Shown: positions 26,992 through 40,339 of the stretch, in pieces
Position numbering within the stretch: position 1 is the first letter of the stretch
Layout of the letters: every line of letters starts with the position of its first letter
Source: Octopus vulgaris
Taxonomy: Eukaryota
Direction of reading: 5' to 3'
DNA length: 64,000 bases
Assembly (NCBI GenBank): GCA_951406725.2
Contig: OX597823.1
Span: forward strand, 70,246,001-70,310,000
Position numbers and translations under genes: made by a program
The notes under the pieces: generated by a model
What the model was told of the DNA's origin: nothing
The model's input: only the letters and a program-made list of their open reading frames with translations
The model's database searches: none

Positions 26992-29093
26992 CTGTAAAAA
27001 ACATAATAATAAGGCAATGAGATTTGTGAGAAAAATGATATTTCATACACACTTAGTTAAATAATGTTTCAAAAATCTAATCATAAATGCTTTTTTTTAA
27101 ATATAAATTGGTTTTGCATCAGTAAAAAGGTTAAAGGGTAAAGACCCCTTTTGGTCATGAATGACCGTGGGATTGCACCTAGAAAGTTCCCCTTTGAAGC
27201 ACAAGTCTAGGCAAGGTTGTTTATGGAAAACTAGCAGTTGCCCATGCATATCAGCCTTCCATTTCCACACCACTGATGTTATCCAAAGAAAAGACAAAGG
27301 CTGATACAGCTTGGTACCAATGACGTCGCAACTCATTTCTATAGCTGAGTGAATTGGAGTAACATGAAATAAAGTGTCTTACTCAAGAACACAACATACG
27401 GCCCAGTCTGGGAATCGAACTCACTACTTCATGATTGTGAGTCCAAAATGCTAACTACTGAGTCATGCACCTTCATCAGTATCACTAATAAAAATCTTGA
27501 ACTGTTAATTAATATGGTTGTTAGACTCTCTTTAGTCAAAAATGAGATTTTTCTTTTAAGATCATCATCATTAGAGAAGTAGCAATGTCCATAACCTTTG
27601 TAAATTCCCTTTTCCCCACAATCTACCCACTCCACCAAAAAAGTTATTGACTGGTCCATCATATATGTGTGTGTGTGTTTGTGTGACTGTGTTTGTCCCC
27701 CACCCCAACATCGCTTGACAACCGATGTTGGTGTGTTTATGTCCGTCCCTGTAACTTAGTGGTTCGGCACAAGAGACCGATAGAATAAGAACTAGGCTTA
27801 CAATGAATAAGTCCAGGGGTCGATTTGTTTGACTAAAAGTGGTGCTCCATCATGGCTGCAGTCAAATGACTGAAACAAGCAAAAGAAAATAGATAGTAAC
27901 GTGTGGTCTTAGGAGACAACATCCCTAAAAGATAGTCTTTATTATTCACTTGTTATGTCTTCTACGTTGTAGAAAAAATACCAACCAAAAATTGCAAAAA
28001 TCCATATCTTACTCTTTCACTTGTTTCAGTCATTTGACTGTGGCCATGTTGGAGCACTGCCTTTAGTCGAACAAATCGACCCCAGGACTTATTCTTTGTA
28101 AGCCTAGTACTTATTCTATCAGTCTTTTTTGCCAAACCACTAAATTATGGGGACGTAAAAACACACCAACATCAGTTATCAAGTGATGGTAGGGGTACAA
28201 ACACAGACACACAAATATATACATATATACAATGGTATATATGTATATATTGCTACAACTAGTAGCAATTCTTGTTTTATATATATTGATAAATTAATAT
28301 TTTTATGTATATATACATCTAGAAAACCTACATACATACATATATATGTATACCTACCTATTAACTAATAGCAATTCTTGTTTTATATATATATATTGTT
28401 AAGTTAAATTAATATTTTTACTCTCACATATTCCTAATAATTTTATAAAAGTTTTCTCCATATTAATCCTCTCTACTAAAGGTATAAGGCCTGAAATTTT
28501 GTGGGAGGGGACTAGTTGATTACATCAACCCCAGTGTTTTACCGGTATTTAATTTATCAACCCCAAAAAGATGAAAGACAAAGCTGACCCCAGCGGAATC
28601 TGAAGTCAGAGAGTAAAGACAGACAAAATGCTTAACAGCATTTTGCCTGGCATGCTAATGACTCTGCCACTTTGCTGCCTTTGTTTCATATTAATGAAAA
28701 CAAACCAGTAATAATACCGAAAATATTATAACAGAAATTTCTAGCAAATAACATATTACTATCATTTCATTATTATCAGCACTTTCAAATGATTGTAATC
28801 ACTACATAATACAGGCAAAATACAATACTAGCTTGTTATAAAAAGCAATCATTTTATTTTAAGCACACTGCCAGTAAGTACAGGGAAGGTCTCAGTTGAT
28901 TACATAAACCCCAGTATTCAACTGGTACTTAATTTATTGACCCTAGAAGGATGAAAGGCAAAGTTGACCCTGGCAAAATTTGAACTCAGAATGTAAAGAC
29001 AGACAAAATGTTGCTAAGCAATTTGCCCAGCATGCTGACAACTCTGCCAGCTCACCATCAAGTCATTAAATAAAACTAATATCACTCTGAACA

Positions 29094-30870
29094 TTATATA
29101 TTTTTCCTAAATTCCAGAAATGAACTTTTCAGTCTATGGTTGCACATGAGAACTATCTCCAAGTGCTTGTTAATTATTTTATCCTTACATAACATTATCT
29201 CTGAAGTATGTAACCTAAAGAGGTTAATTACTTTTGAGTATGTATTATACAGTTTTATATTGTGTAGTACCAACCAAGAGGTGTTGTAATTTATTTTTCT
29301 TCTTTTGAGGTCCCATATAAAATCCACAAGTGATGTCCATTGTCTCTTGCAACTGTTGGAAAATGATGCAATATGGTCCCTATAGCAGTTCTTGAAGATG
29401 TTGCTAGTTAGACCTATGTATGCATATGTATGCGCACTTGTGTTTACATTACATTTATATATAATACTCCTATGTAAAAAGTCATTTACTAGGACATGCA
29501 TTCCTGTCCCTACAGTTTCACTTTTTAAAAATTATTATTTGCAACCTGGTTTCCCCTCATTGTATTTTCTCTATTGCGTTTTCTAAATGTGTTTGTTAAT
29601 GTTGCTATTATTACTATTTCTATTTTTCACAATTATGTCATTCATAATTGCTATTATCATTAATATTTACCCCATTTTTTAATGTTATTTTCACTATCTG
29701 TGTTAATGTTGATATCTATATTAAAATCTTTGAACAGTTATTATTTTACCCCCTAGTGTTACTGTATTCTGTACTCCCCAGACCTACACTATTTTGGACC
29801 ATATTTTGATAGTCTACTCTTGCTCAATTCAGCTTTCTATTATTTAGCTTGTGAATATGGTATTCAAGGTTATGTGATGTCATATATGACAATTTTACTG
29901 TATGCCTGTTAAAAGTCTTATACCGAGTAGATTTAGGAAAGTATCTATCCAACGAAGATAAAAATTCACCAGCAAGTTTGAATGTCACATATAATTTGAA
30001 TACCAGATCAAACCATAATATACCACCTTTATTTGATTTAGTATGAGTTCTAGTGTATTCTTTCTCGTTTTTAGTAGAGTTATTTCAATAAGAATTTAAA
30101 TCTGCTTTTTTGTTCCCATTTCCTACTCACTGCCTGCTATCTTTATTACTATTTTTATTTATTTTTATTTGGCTATTACATCCCAATTTAAGAATTAAGT
30201 CTTTTTTCCATCCATAATTCTGAAACCCTACTAATTAGATCATTTTTATGTTCATAAATATATCTATCATCCCAACTTCTCATTTCTATATATATTGGTT
30301 ATCTTATTAGGTGAATATTTAATTTTATCCTTATACCCAGCACTAGCCAGTGCTGCATTGTAATACACTGCATATGAATTAAATATTCTTTCATTAGCCA
30401 ACTGCCTGGACACCCTATTTGATATGCTTTTCATAATATTTTTTAATACCAAAGGTGGAAGATTTGAATTTTTATTAACATATCTTAAATTCTCATTTGG
30501 TTTATGGAATGGTTAAAAAAACTCTGTGTTTAGATTAAGAGTTACATCTAGAAAATTTACTACTTTATGGTCTTTTCAATAGTTAGGGGCAATTTACTAT
30601 AATCTACTGCAATTCTCTACAAGGAAAAGAGTGTTGTCCCTATATAAACCTTCTTCACCACCTGATCTGGAAAAGAATGTAAATACCAACAAGATCAGCA
30701 ACCTGTGCTGAATCACTGATTCTATTGTTATATCAATACAATTAATCCTATCCATAGCTTGTTATCATAATCAATTATTGTACTACAGGCAGCTAATATA
30801 ATATCAATCTCATGTTTAGATAAATCAGAGTTGCATTTGGCAAATATAAGTGTCTTATTAAGTAACATTA
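29094..30870 (-). mobile_element. Decayed Penelope-like element, Naiad-type (RT plus GIY-YIG)
   Basis: GLYRDN (GLYRDD), VNFLDVTLNL, PFHKPN..NSNLPP, xNCR..CP linker, SIIYKC..YIGLT..FK..H..SF and C-terminal CNH. Confidence 0.8.
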
Positions 30871-30877
30871 TTTGTTC

Positions 30878-31125
30878 CAATCCATGGCTCACTTCCAGCA
30901 CTCACAACACTTCATCAATGAAGAAGTGGAAGCTTCAGTGAAGAAGTTCTTCACCTCAAAGATCAGGAACTGGTATTAGTGTGGAATCGATGAACTGCCA
31001 GAAAGGTGGCTTCAAACAGTGCAACACAATGGACTCTACTTTGAATATTAAGCTATTTTTGTTGTAACTTATGAATCAAGCAAATAAGTTACCAAAATAT
31101 AGCAAAAGTTTTGGTCAACATAATA
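30878..31125 (+). mobile_element. Mariner 3' fragment
   Basis: GIDELPERWLQTVQHNGLYFEY* is a mariner transposase C-terminus, followed by a TIR-like end. Confidence 0.7.
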
Positions 31126-32777
31126 TAACGGTTAATAATTCTCAAATATCTAAGCCATAGAGGTTGGTAATAGAAGGAGAAGGCAGAGGAACGGTTGAAT
31201 AAAGGGGATAGAAAATTTGGTCATAGGTTGGATAAGGTATTTAATTAACTGCTTAAATGTGGCTATAGTATTGGAGTGCCAGATTGTAAGAGAGATGGAA
31301 TTTTAGATTACATCAAATAGGTCACAAATTCAAATCTGTTGCACTTATTTTATTGTTTCCTGGCAGAACACAAACTCAGTTCCCTTATCAGCAAAGAGAG
31401 CCAGCTTGTGCTAGAATGTTACCTGTGATAAATTAGAAGCTTAAAAGGGATATTTATCTTTCATCTACTTAGCACTATCAAACTAGAGATACGTGCTGAT
31501 ACTTTAAAATCTTTCAGGAATTAATAAGTATTTACATATAGGCTATACCTTCAAAGTGAAGGTGCATCACTCAGTGGTTAGAGCATTGGACGCATAATCA
31601 TGAGGTAGTGAGTTCGATTCCTGGACCAGGCTGTGTGTTGTGTTCTTGAGCAAGACCCTTTATTTCACATTGCTCCAGTTCATTCAGATGTAGAAATGAG
31701 TTGTAACATCACTGGTGCCAAGCTGTATCATCAGCCTTTGCCTTTCCTTTGGATAACATCAGTAAGATGGAGAGAGGAGGCTGATACGCATGGGCAACAG
31801 CTGGTCTTCTATAAACAACCATGCCTGGGCTTGTGCCTTGCAGGGGAACTTTCTAGGTGCAATCTCTATAAAGAATATGTTCGCTTCAAACTCCTCATGT
31901 ACCGATTCTGCCCTTAAGAAAGGAACAAATAATACAATGTGGTTGTAGGTCATAACACCCAGGCAACACAGGTGTGCATTGCCAGTAATAAATAAAATTT
32001 ACTAGTTATAGTAAAAAATCTTCCACTTAATATAAAATAATACATTTTAAAATTAATAGGGTATCTTAATGTAAGTTCCTATATAAGACCAAATAGTACC
32101 TTCTACTTAGAATATCAGGCTGCATTATTAAATCTAATGTCAGCAGACTTTAATCACACAATCATTTTCTCTTTAGATCTCTCTTATGTAAAATTGTTTA
32201 AAGTAAACTAGAACATGAGCACTACTGATTTATCTACAGAAACGATAAAGAATTCTCTAATAACTACAGTACAGCATATATTTCAAGTGGTACTCACTAA
32301 GTTTGTTATATTTACTTATTAGTGTTACAAATCATCTTTAAGATTTTTGTGATAATTGCACTGTGCCCAACCACATTTTCTTTGATTTTAAGGTACATTT
32401 TTTTTTTCAGTGTAGAAATTGCCAAGTTCCTACACATGTTAGGTTACAAAGTATATTATATATATAGTAACAGAAAAGGAGGAATTTCAATTAGCCTTGT
32501 GTGGTGAGTTGTAATACATATAAGAAGGAAAATGCACACACTTTACATAGTTTTAATATAATTTTTAATATAATTTATATTGTGTTTGTCAACTGGTTTC
32601 GCTTTTGCTGATCATGACATTAACATTTATTTAAATACGTATCATTATTGTGGACAGGGGAGATAATTGTTCATCTTTCGGTGGTGGTGGTGGTGGATGG
32701 ATATATATATAAGTCACCATGATAGATCGGTAGCCACTACACACACTTTTTTTCTCTCCTTGTTTCTTTCTGTGATC

Positions 32778-32813
32778 CTTTCTGTGGAAGAGCGTAGGCT
32801 CGAAACGTAAAAG
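32778..32813 (+). ncRNA. Minimal type I hammerhead-like motif (A6 to U core variant)
   Basis: cttt CTGTGGA a gagc gtag gctc GAAA cg TA aaag: stems I and II pair perfectly; stem III is a palindromic CG. Confidence 0.6.
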
Positions 32814-32900
32814 ACTTTTTCAATTCCTGAGCGTTATACTTATACATCTGTTTGTTTTCTACACCACCTGTCTTCGTCTTTTGTTTTTTTCATGAATTCT

Positions 32901-32939
<39 letters not shown>

Positions 32940-33059
32940 TATATATACACACACAAAAATTCAAAAACTAGAGTAGTGGGGAGAAATATGTACAGTGATG
33001 GGTATGTATATCGTGAATTAAAATATGTATAGAGGTCAAAGTTGGCTATGCATGCATAT

Positions 33060-33970
33060 TTAGATGTGTTCTGTATTTTTTGATGAATAAATTTTCTTTA
33101 TTTAAACATTCTTGTATAGAAATTGCATCTTTCCAGAGGAAAACTGTGAAATTTGGTTTGATGCTACCTGCACATCTCTCTATGTGTTCACTTAAAGGAA
33201 TCTGTCTGTATTGCAGGAATCAGATCTGCTCTTTATGTAAAGTGGTTCTCCGTCTCAATGTCATACTTGTCTATCCTATATAATGATGTTTACAACCCAA
33301 GCAGGTTATTACATAAATTAGATTCTCAGAGGCACAAGTGAAGTAGGTTTTAATTGTGAACTTCTCTCCTTGTTTGAAAAGGAAATCTGAGCCTTCTAGT
33401 AGGTTGGGGCATATTCCACAGTTTGGGCGTCCATATTTTTTAACCATTGGTTTTGTGTTTGTTGTGTAAAGCTTCACATTTGTTAGAAGTCTCTTTAGCA
33501 ATTAGTGTGGCTTTTTGCATTTGATGAATTTATGTGCTTTCAGGGTGTTGTTCATTTTTGGGTCTCTAGTTAGTAAAGGAAGATTTTTCACAATAGTGTT
33601 GTATGCCTCATTGCTTCTAGGGTTGTGAGTTGATATATACACTAGAGTTTTGAGATGAGGTGTGGTATTATATTTTGTTTTCTTTAGCGTTTTTATGTCT
33701 AATTTCTTGGCACACTTAATTCCATCGTCTATAAGTGAGGGTAGATATTCAGTTAGTGTTGTTCTGAGGTCTTGAAGACAAAGGTCCCAAGTAGTTCTAT
33801 CAGACACTATTGTGCAAATCCTCTTTGCTAAATTAAAGGGAATATTTATTTTGATGTGTTTTGGGTAGCATAAGTTAAAAAGGAGATATTACTTCGAGTA
33901 TGTTGGATTATGATAGATGTCAGTTATAATTTGGTGGTTGAATTTTTTTATCATAATATCCCAAAATAGA
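33060..33970 (-). mobile_element. Decayed Penelope-like element (RT thumb plus GIY-YIG), same family as 56800-57710
   Basis: [37 protein letters not shown]. Confidence 0.9.
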
Positions 33971-34046
33971 TATTTCTTATATATGTGTGTGTATACATAT
34001 ATATATGTATGTATGTATACACACACACATACATACATGCACATTA

Positions 34047-34084
<38 letters not shown>

Positions 34085-34332
34085 ATATATATATATATAT
34101 ACACAAAAAGATTCAGTTGAATTAGGTACTTAAGTTGAGGCACCTTGTTACATCAGAATAATATACACATAATATATAAATATTATTCTTGTAGTGCATG
34201 CAGACAATCTGACCCAGCCGAGTATATAAAATCCACGACTGTGCTATTCAGACATGTACATTTTATCAGATATACAAACCATGATATACTTCAGAATTTG
34301 CAAAGAGCATGTTCTGAGATAGGTGAATAAAA

Positions 34333-34748
34333 TATAAATAAGTAACAATTGAGGTACAGTTGTCAATTCATTCAGGCTGTTTCTAATGACACCTTTAATT
34401 GATTAATGAGTACATTATATGATTATAAAGAAGCCATCTTCCTCATATGAATACATGAACTTTACAATTAAGGACATTTCAAATGAATTAACATATTTTA
34501 AAATCTACAGACCAAAACATTTTCACTGATTCTGCAACTGAAGTAGTAGTGGAATCAGTGAAAATGTTTTCCTCCGTGGATTTAAAAATATGTTAAATCA
34601 TTTGGAATGTTTTTGATTGTAAAGTTCATGTAATCATCTGAGGAAAACAGTTTCTTTATAATGATATAATGTACTCATTAATCAATTAAAGGAGTTGTTA
34701 GAAATTCCCTTAATGAACTGAGAACTGTCCTTCAATTATTATTTATAT
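34333..34748. mobile_element. Palindromic (foldback) MITE, arms about 200 bp
   Basis: The left and right halves are imperfect reverse complements around about 34540. A partial second copy lies at about 54920-55600. Confidence 0.8.
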
Positions 34749-34808
34749 ACACAGATACATCATCATCATCATCATCATCATCATTTAGCGTCCGCTTTCC
34801 ATGCTAGC

Positions 34809-34844
<36 letters not shown>

Positions 34845-35044
34845 TTTACTTGTTTCAGTCATTTTGACTGCGGCCATGCTGGAGCACCCCCTTTAATCGA
34901 GCAACTCGACCCCGGGACTTATTCTTTGTAAGCCCAGTTCTTATTCTATCGGTCTCTTTTGCCGAACCGCTAAGTGACGGGGACATAAACACACCAGCAT
35001 CGGTTGTCAAGCAATGCTAGGGGGACAAACACAGACACACATAA

Positions 35045-35095
<51 letters not shown>

Positions 35096-35101
<6 letters not shown>

Positions 35102-35890
35102 CATCCCATAAATAATGTGGGTTTTTTTACTTCTTTTATTTTTCAAAAAATTAAGTGATGAAAAACATTTCTCTAGTACTGTTTTGACCTCGTCTATAGA
35201 ATTCATATTTTTTCTGTTAAAATGATTTTGAAGACTGTGGGATAAATGACAATCAGGTGGGGCAATGTCAAGCGAATGTGGTGGGTGGGGTATTGTTTCC
35301 CATTCAAACTGCTTCAGTCTTTGGAATGTCATCCTCGCTGTATGTGGCCAAGCATTATCCTGATGCAAGAACACCTTTCATCTTGAAACCAAGGATGGTC
35401 ATTTTCCCTCTAGCACTGACTTGAATGACTGGCTGAATGACCAAATCAAAGCTTCTCTGCTAGTTTCTCAACAGTTATGATGGGATTTTGTTCCACCAGG
35501 GTTTGCATACTCATCCTTATCCAGGATGAGGCTTGTCTTCTTGACAGTAGTTTCCAACCCAGAATTTCTAGAACCACCGTTGACCCTGTTTTATGCTTAT
35601 TCTCCAATCCCAATATACTGCATTAATATTCCTCACACTTTCCATTTTTGTTGCCTTTATTGGACTCATAAAGCAAAATAAGCTGAATATGCTACTTTCT
35701 CACTTCGATTATAGCTTTGAAAAAAAAAATTGTTAAAATCAAACTGCACTCTTCAAAACTTGCATTAAAAATAAGGACATGGTAAAATTGCAACCTGCTT
35801 TTATACCAAGTTGATGCAGGCAGTTTATCGCATCCCCCTCCAACATATAGTTCATGCAATTGAAAAAAACTGTATTATTTATGGAATGAC

Positions 35891-35894
<4 letters not shown>
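35096..35894 (-). mobile_element. Internally deleted mariner
   Basis: TIRs TAGGGTCATCCCATAAATAAT / ATTATTTATGGAATGACCCAA within (TA)n; HQDNAWPH and HPPHSLDIAP motifs. Confidence 0.9.
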
Positions 35895-35926
<32 letters not shown>

Positions 35927-37049
35927 AATGAGATAGGGGTTGAAAATTCAACCCACCATGGGATAATATATATCCAATATACTGCTAGATAGGTACCCAA
36001 CAAAATTAATACATAGATGTTAAAAATTGTCAAACATTTTACTATTACTGTATATCTCATTTCATTTTATATATTGCCTTTACTCATATGTAATGGTGTA
36101 TTAAAGTATGGATTGAGTATCATCGGATAGTTGATGTTTTACTGATTTAAGTATGTTTCTCCATTCTCTAATTTTGTAGTTATATATATATATACACACA
36201 TACACACACACACATACTATAGATTACTATAGATTACTATAATAATAAATGGCAAGTTTGTGTGTTTGTGAATTTTAGACCTTGATGAAACTTGACACAT
36301 GTGAGGGTTTATACCCATGCGGTCACTTAAGCTCTTGGAATTTTTTTCAAAAATTGTAATATTTCAGCATTTTTCACATTAGGCATCGTGACATCAATTT
36401 AACAAAAAATGCTGAAATTTGACAAAAATGTTTCATGTGTATAAACAGCCAGCTTAATAACGGTAATCTATCAAGCATTTGCTAATTCTTCATTTCAATA
36501 CGAATAGTTTTGATGTGCTGAAACTTAGTATTTCATTTCTTGTTTTAATTCCCCAGCGTTTCAAGTTTTAAATAGGTAAGTACATTTCATTTCTTTGAGA
36601 CAATTTAGGCATTTTGCACACTAGCCGTCGTGATATCAATTTGATGAATTCTGCCCCAAAGCATAAGTTTTCACTATTTTACGCACAAGTACAGAAATAA
36701 TGAAGACACAGGTTCACTACCACACTGCTAATTTTTTGGGGTACTTGGTCTTACTCATTACTATAGATTTTAAATTATAGAATTTTAGCTTAATTTATGT
36801 TTATTATATTATGTATTTTATGTATTTAGTATTTAAATTAATTAGACTTTACAATTTTTCCAGTTAATAGTATATCAAAGTCAATTTTTTTCCTTATTCT
36901 TACAGCTAAAATACATTTGTAATTTTAATAGCTTAAATACATATTTCTATCTATTTCTTCTATACATTCTATTTACGCCATATTTTTATGCAATATATTT
37001 CTTATAAACGCTAAGTTCGATGTTTTACATTTAAATTTTTAGTTAATGA

Positions 37050-37268
37050 AAATCCTTCAACAAGAATTGAGAGATTGGTTGGATCAATTTTTTGAGTCAA
37101 AATCGGGTGATTTCTACCAACAAGGTACTGAAAATCTTTTGAACATTGGGAAGAAGTTGTAAACAACAAGGGTCAATACATTATTGATTAATTAGCTGTT
37201 GTTTCTGATTAAACCTTTTAAAAAATTTAAATTTAAAAAAACGGCAGGAACTTAGTTGCCAACCCAAT
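37050..37268 (+). mobile_element. Mariner 3' fragment with TIR
   Basis: WEEVVNNKGQYIID* C-terminus; GGAACTTAGTTGCCAACCCAATA end. Confidence 0.7.
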
Positions 37269-38013
37269 ATATGTATGCATGTATATATGTGAGATAATAG
37301 TTTCAGTATTAATAGTTTCACTATGTATACATAGTGAAAATATTAATATTGAAACTATTAAAACTGAAAGTATTATCTCACATTACAATAGAGACATTAT
37401 TGTTTCACTTTTGACATGTAATATTCAAATAGTGTAAGAGAGAAGAGATTATTCTGGGCTCACATTAGGCAAGAAGTAAAAAAGGAGTGGGTAGAAACAC
37501 CATAAGATGTACCCGGTGTAAGCTATGGACACATAAGAGGTGCAGCAATATCAAATGAAGGCTAACTGGGAAGGCAGTTTTTGTGGCAGGGGCAATAAAC
37601 ACTGAAAATGTGCAGAAAGCAGTTTCCATCACATGCCAGGGGAAAATCTGTAACTCAGCGGTTCAGCAAAACTGCCAAATTAAACAGATGGCAGACTTTA
37701 AAAATAAAAACTACTGGGGTCAATTTATTTGATCAAACCCTTCAATGCAGTGCCCCAGAATGGCCACAATCCAAAGACCAAAAGAAGCGAAAGATAAAGA
37801 TGAAAAACATAAACTAGAAATTCTAAGAATTGGTCCACTTCCTCATTTTCACACAGCCATAGAATAACTTCATCATGTCAGATATTTGAATTAAATAAAA
37901 TTTAGTTCTTTCTTTGACCAAGGCTGTCAGAGAAAGGTTCATTAAGAATGTGCCAAAATAATATACACAAGTGAGCCAAAATTTTAAAAAAAACAAGATA
38001 TGAATGAACTTAC

Positions 38014-38160
38014 AGAAGACAAAGCCAGGATTTGTTTCTTCATAGTTTCTTCTTCATTGTAACCAACCCATGGTGGGACAGCTGCTTCAGCATGCTTTCC
38101 TTTTTCTTTGTTTTCATTGACAAACTTTTCCTGCTCCCGAGTGAATTCACCAAGTATAGT
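38014..38160 (-). CDS. SYAP1: SYAP1 exon ([49 protein letters not shown])
   Basis: 147 bp = 49 codons; tctatttcag acceptor, gtaagt donor; EAAVPPWV and QILALS motifs typical of SYAP1. Confidence 0.95.
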
Positions 38161-38229
38161 CTGAAATAGATATAGATATATGTATTTTGATGTATACTGG
38201 TGTGTGTGTGTGTTTGTGTATGCATCTAT

Positions 38230-38452
38230 ACAATAATACCACACCATATCGCGGTTCACCTATCGCAATTTATTATTTAAGCCTACATCGGTTCTTTCGT
38301 GGTGTTGTTTTGCATTTATAATTAAAAAAAACATACAAATTATAAAAATAATGAAAAAAATATACAGAACAGTATTGTTTCTAGTTCATGGATTTTCACC
38401 TATTGTGGGGGGCTTTCGGACGTAACACCTGCCATAGTTGAGGGATTACTGT
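38230..38452. mobile_element. Tigger/pogo-like MITE
   Basis: Degenerate TIRs TACAATAATACCACACCATATCGCGG / CTGCCATAGTTGAGGGATTACTGTA with TA flanks. Confidence 0.55.
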
Positions 38453-38649
38453 ACATATGAATACATATATTTTTTCAACAGTCTCCAAATCAATATGAAA
38501 CATTTTCATGTCATCTGTGTGGAAAAATTTGTAGATCTCTTGCCGGATTAAAGAGTCATTTCTGGTCACAAAACACAGACTATCTCCAACCATCTTTCAG
38601 TAATTTTAAACTGTAAATATTCAGCACCCATTCTTCTCTCTTTCTCTCT

Positions 38650-39102
38650 GACTGAGTAACCATGTATCTCCCCTAGAGCAAGACATCTGTTTTTGCCTCT
38701 CAGCCACACTCTAACCTGTCATCATCTGGCATGAGATCACCTCCCCCAATGTCACATCACCTCTCAAAGGATCTTTGTCTTGCAAGTTACTTGGTGACCC
38801 TGCCAGTGCTGGTGCCATGTAAAAAGCATCTAGTCCACACTGTAAAGTGGTTGGTGTTTGGAAGGGCATCCAGGTGTAAAAAAGCCATGCTAAACCTGAC
38901 CTTGCTTGTGCTGGTGCAACATAAAAAGCACTCAGTCGACTCTGCTGGGTAGTTGGTGTTAGAAAGGGCATCCAATCATAAGAGCCATGCCAAAACACAC
39001 AGCAAAGCATGGTGCAGTCTTCTGCCTAATCAGTTCCTGTCAAACCATCGAACCCATGCCAGAATGGAAAGCAGATGTTAAATGATGATGATGATGATGA
39101 TA
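38650..39102 (+). mobile_element. RTE 3' UTR fragment with (GAT)n tail
   Basis: Two tandem gtggttggtgtt.g.aagggcatcca units and the family tail. Confidence 0.75.
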
Positions 39103-39214
39103 TTACTAGTGAGTTCATGTGTTGTTGATTTTTAACTGATTTGATGCCGGTGTGTATGTAATCTGATAGTGCAGGAGTTGAGAAGAGTCATACTTGATTA
39201 ATGAGTCAACAGCC

Positions 39215-39261
<47 letters not shown>

Positions 39262-39422
39262 CACACATCATGTACTCACCTGCCCCCACCCCACCCGATG
39301 CTCTGAACAAACACACAAATGATTTGTTTATAGTGATCACATGCTCTGTGCATATACACGTGTAGTTATTTCTCCCTCTGTATATATATGTGTATGTGTC
39401 TGTGTGTGCGTGTGTGTTTATG

Positions 39423-40313
39423 TGTGGTCTGACCAATAAGTATCAAGACTGTTGCCATAGTAATGAAGCTAAAGCATGCAGAGTGAAACCACTTGGTACA
39501 GATTGACCTTGAACTCTGCTGTGCATGCACACTAAGTTTTAACGTTCTAGCTCACTTCTGCTGTTTACAGCAGTACTTGGAAGGAAGGTGTGTAGCATGT
39601 GATCATCACATTGACCATGACAGAGAAAGTTGAGCAGAGAATCAGCATCAAATCTTGCAAAAAGCTTGGCGATACCTGCCCAGAGGCATATACAATATTT
39701 TCAAAAAGTTTTTATCATTCTCGCCACAATGAAGGAGATCTTTGTGCAACTGAAACCCAAGTGTCTTTTTGCTCAGCTGAAAGCAGTCTTGGCACAAACT
39801 TGGCAGACATGAGTATCATACCCAAATCTTCTGTGATAATGGACTGAACTGAACCATAACTAATCTGAACATCTGATAACTCACAGATGGTGATTTGATG
39901 ATTTCCCCTCACAGCTGCACACACATCTGCAATGTTTTTCTCAGTTCTGCTGGTTGCAGTTCTCCCAGAACGTTCATCAATATCAGCATTTTTGGCCATC
40001 TTGGAAATGTCAAAACCACTTGTACACTTTTGTGTGGCTAATACACTCCTCTCCATACACTTTCTGCAGCTTTGCATAGGCCTCTGAAAAGGTATCACCA
40101 TGACATCTCTCTCTGTCATGGTCAATGTGACAATCACATGCTACACACCTTCCTTCCAAGCACTGCTGTAAACAGTGGAAGTGAGCTAGAACTTTGAAAC
40201 TTTGTGCACATGCACAGCAGAGTTCAAGGTCAATCTGTGCCAAGCAGCTTCAATCTGCATGCCTTAGTTTCATTACTATGGTAACAGTTCAGATACTTAT
40301 TGATCAGACCTCG
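39423..40313. mobile_element. Mariner derivative made of two inward-facing 5' ends
   Basis: At least 200-bp inverted repeats ending in (C)GAGGTCTGATCAATAAGTATC; transposase N-terminal HTH peptides on both strands (EQRISIK..; SGR...SAKFVPRLL). Confidence 0.88.
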
Positions 40314-40339
40314 TATATAGGTTACTTTACCATTAAGAT

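Noticed and set aside
32585-32690. GAAACCAGTT motif on the minus strand resembling an HHR 3' half
   Set aside because: I could not identify a matching core and stem II.
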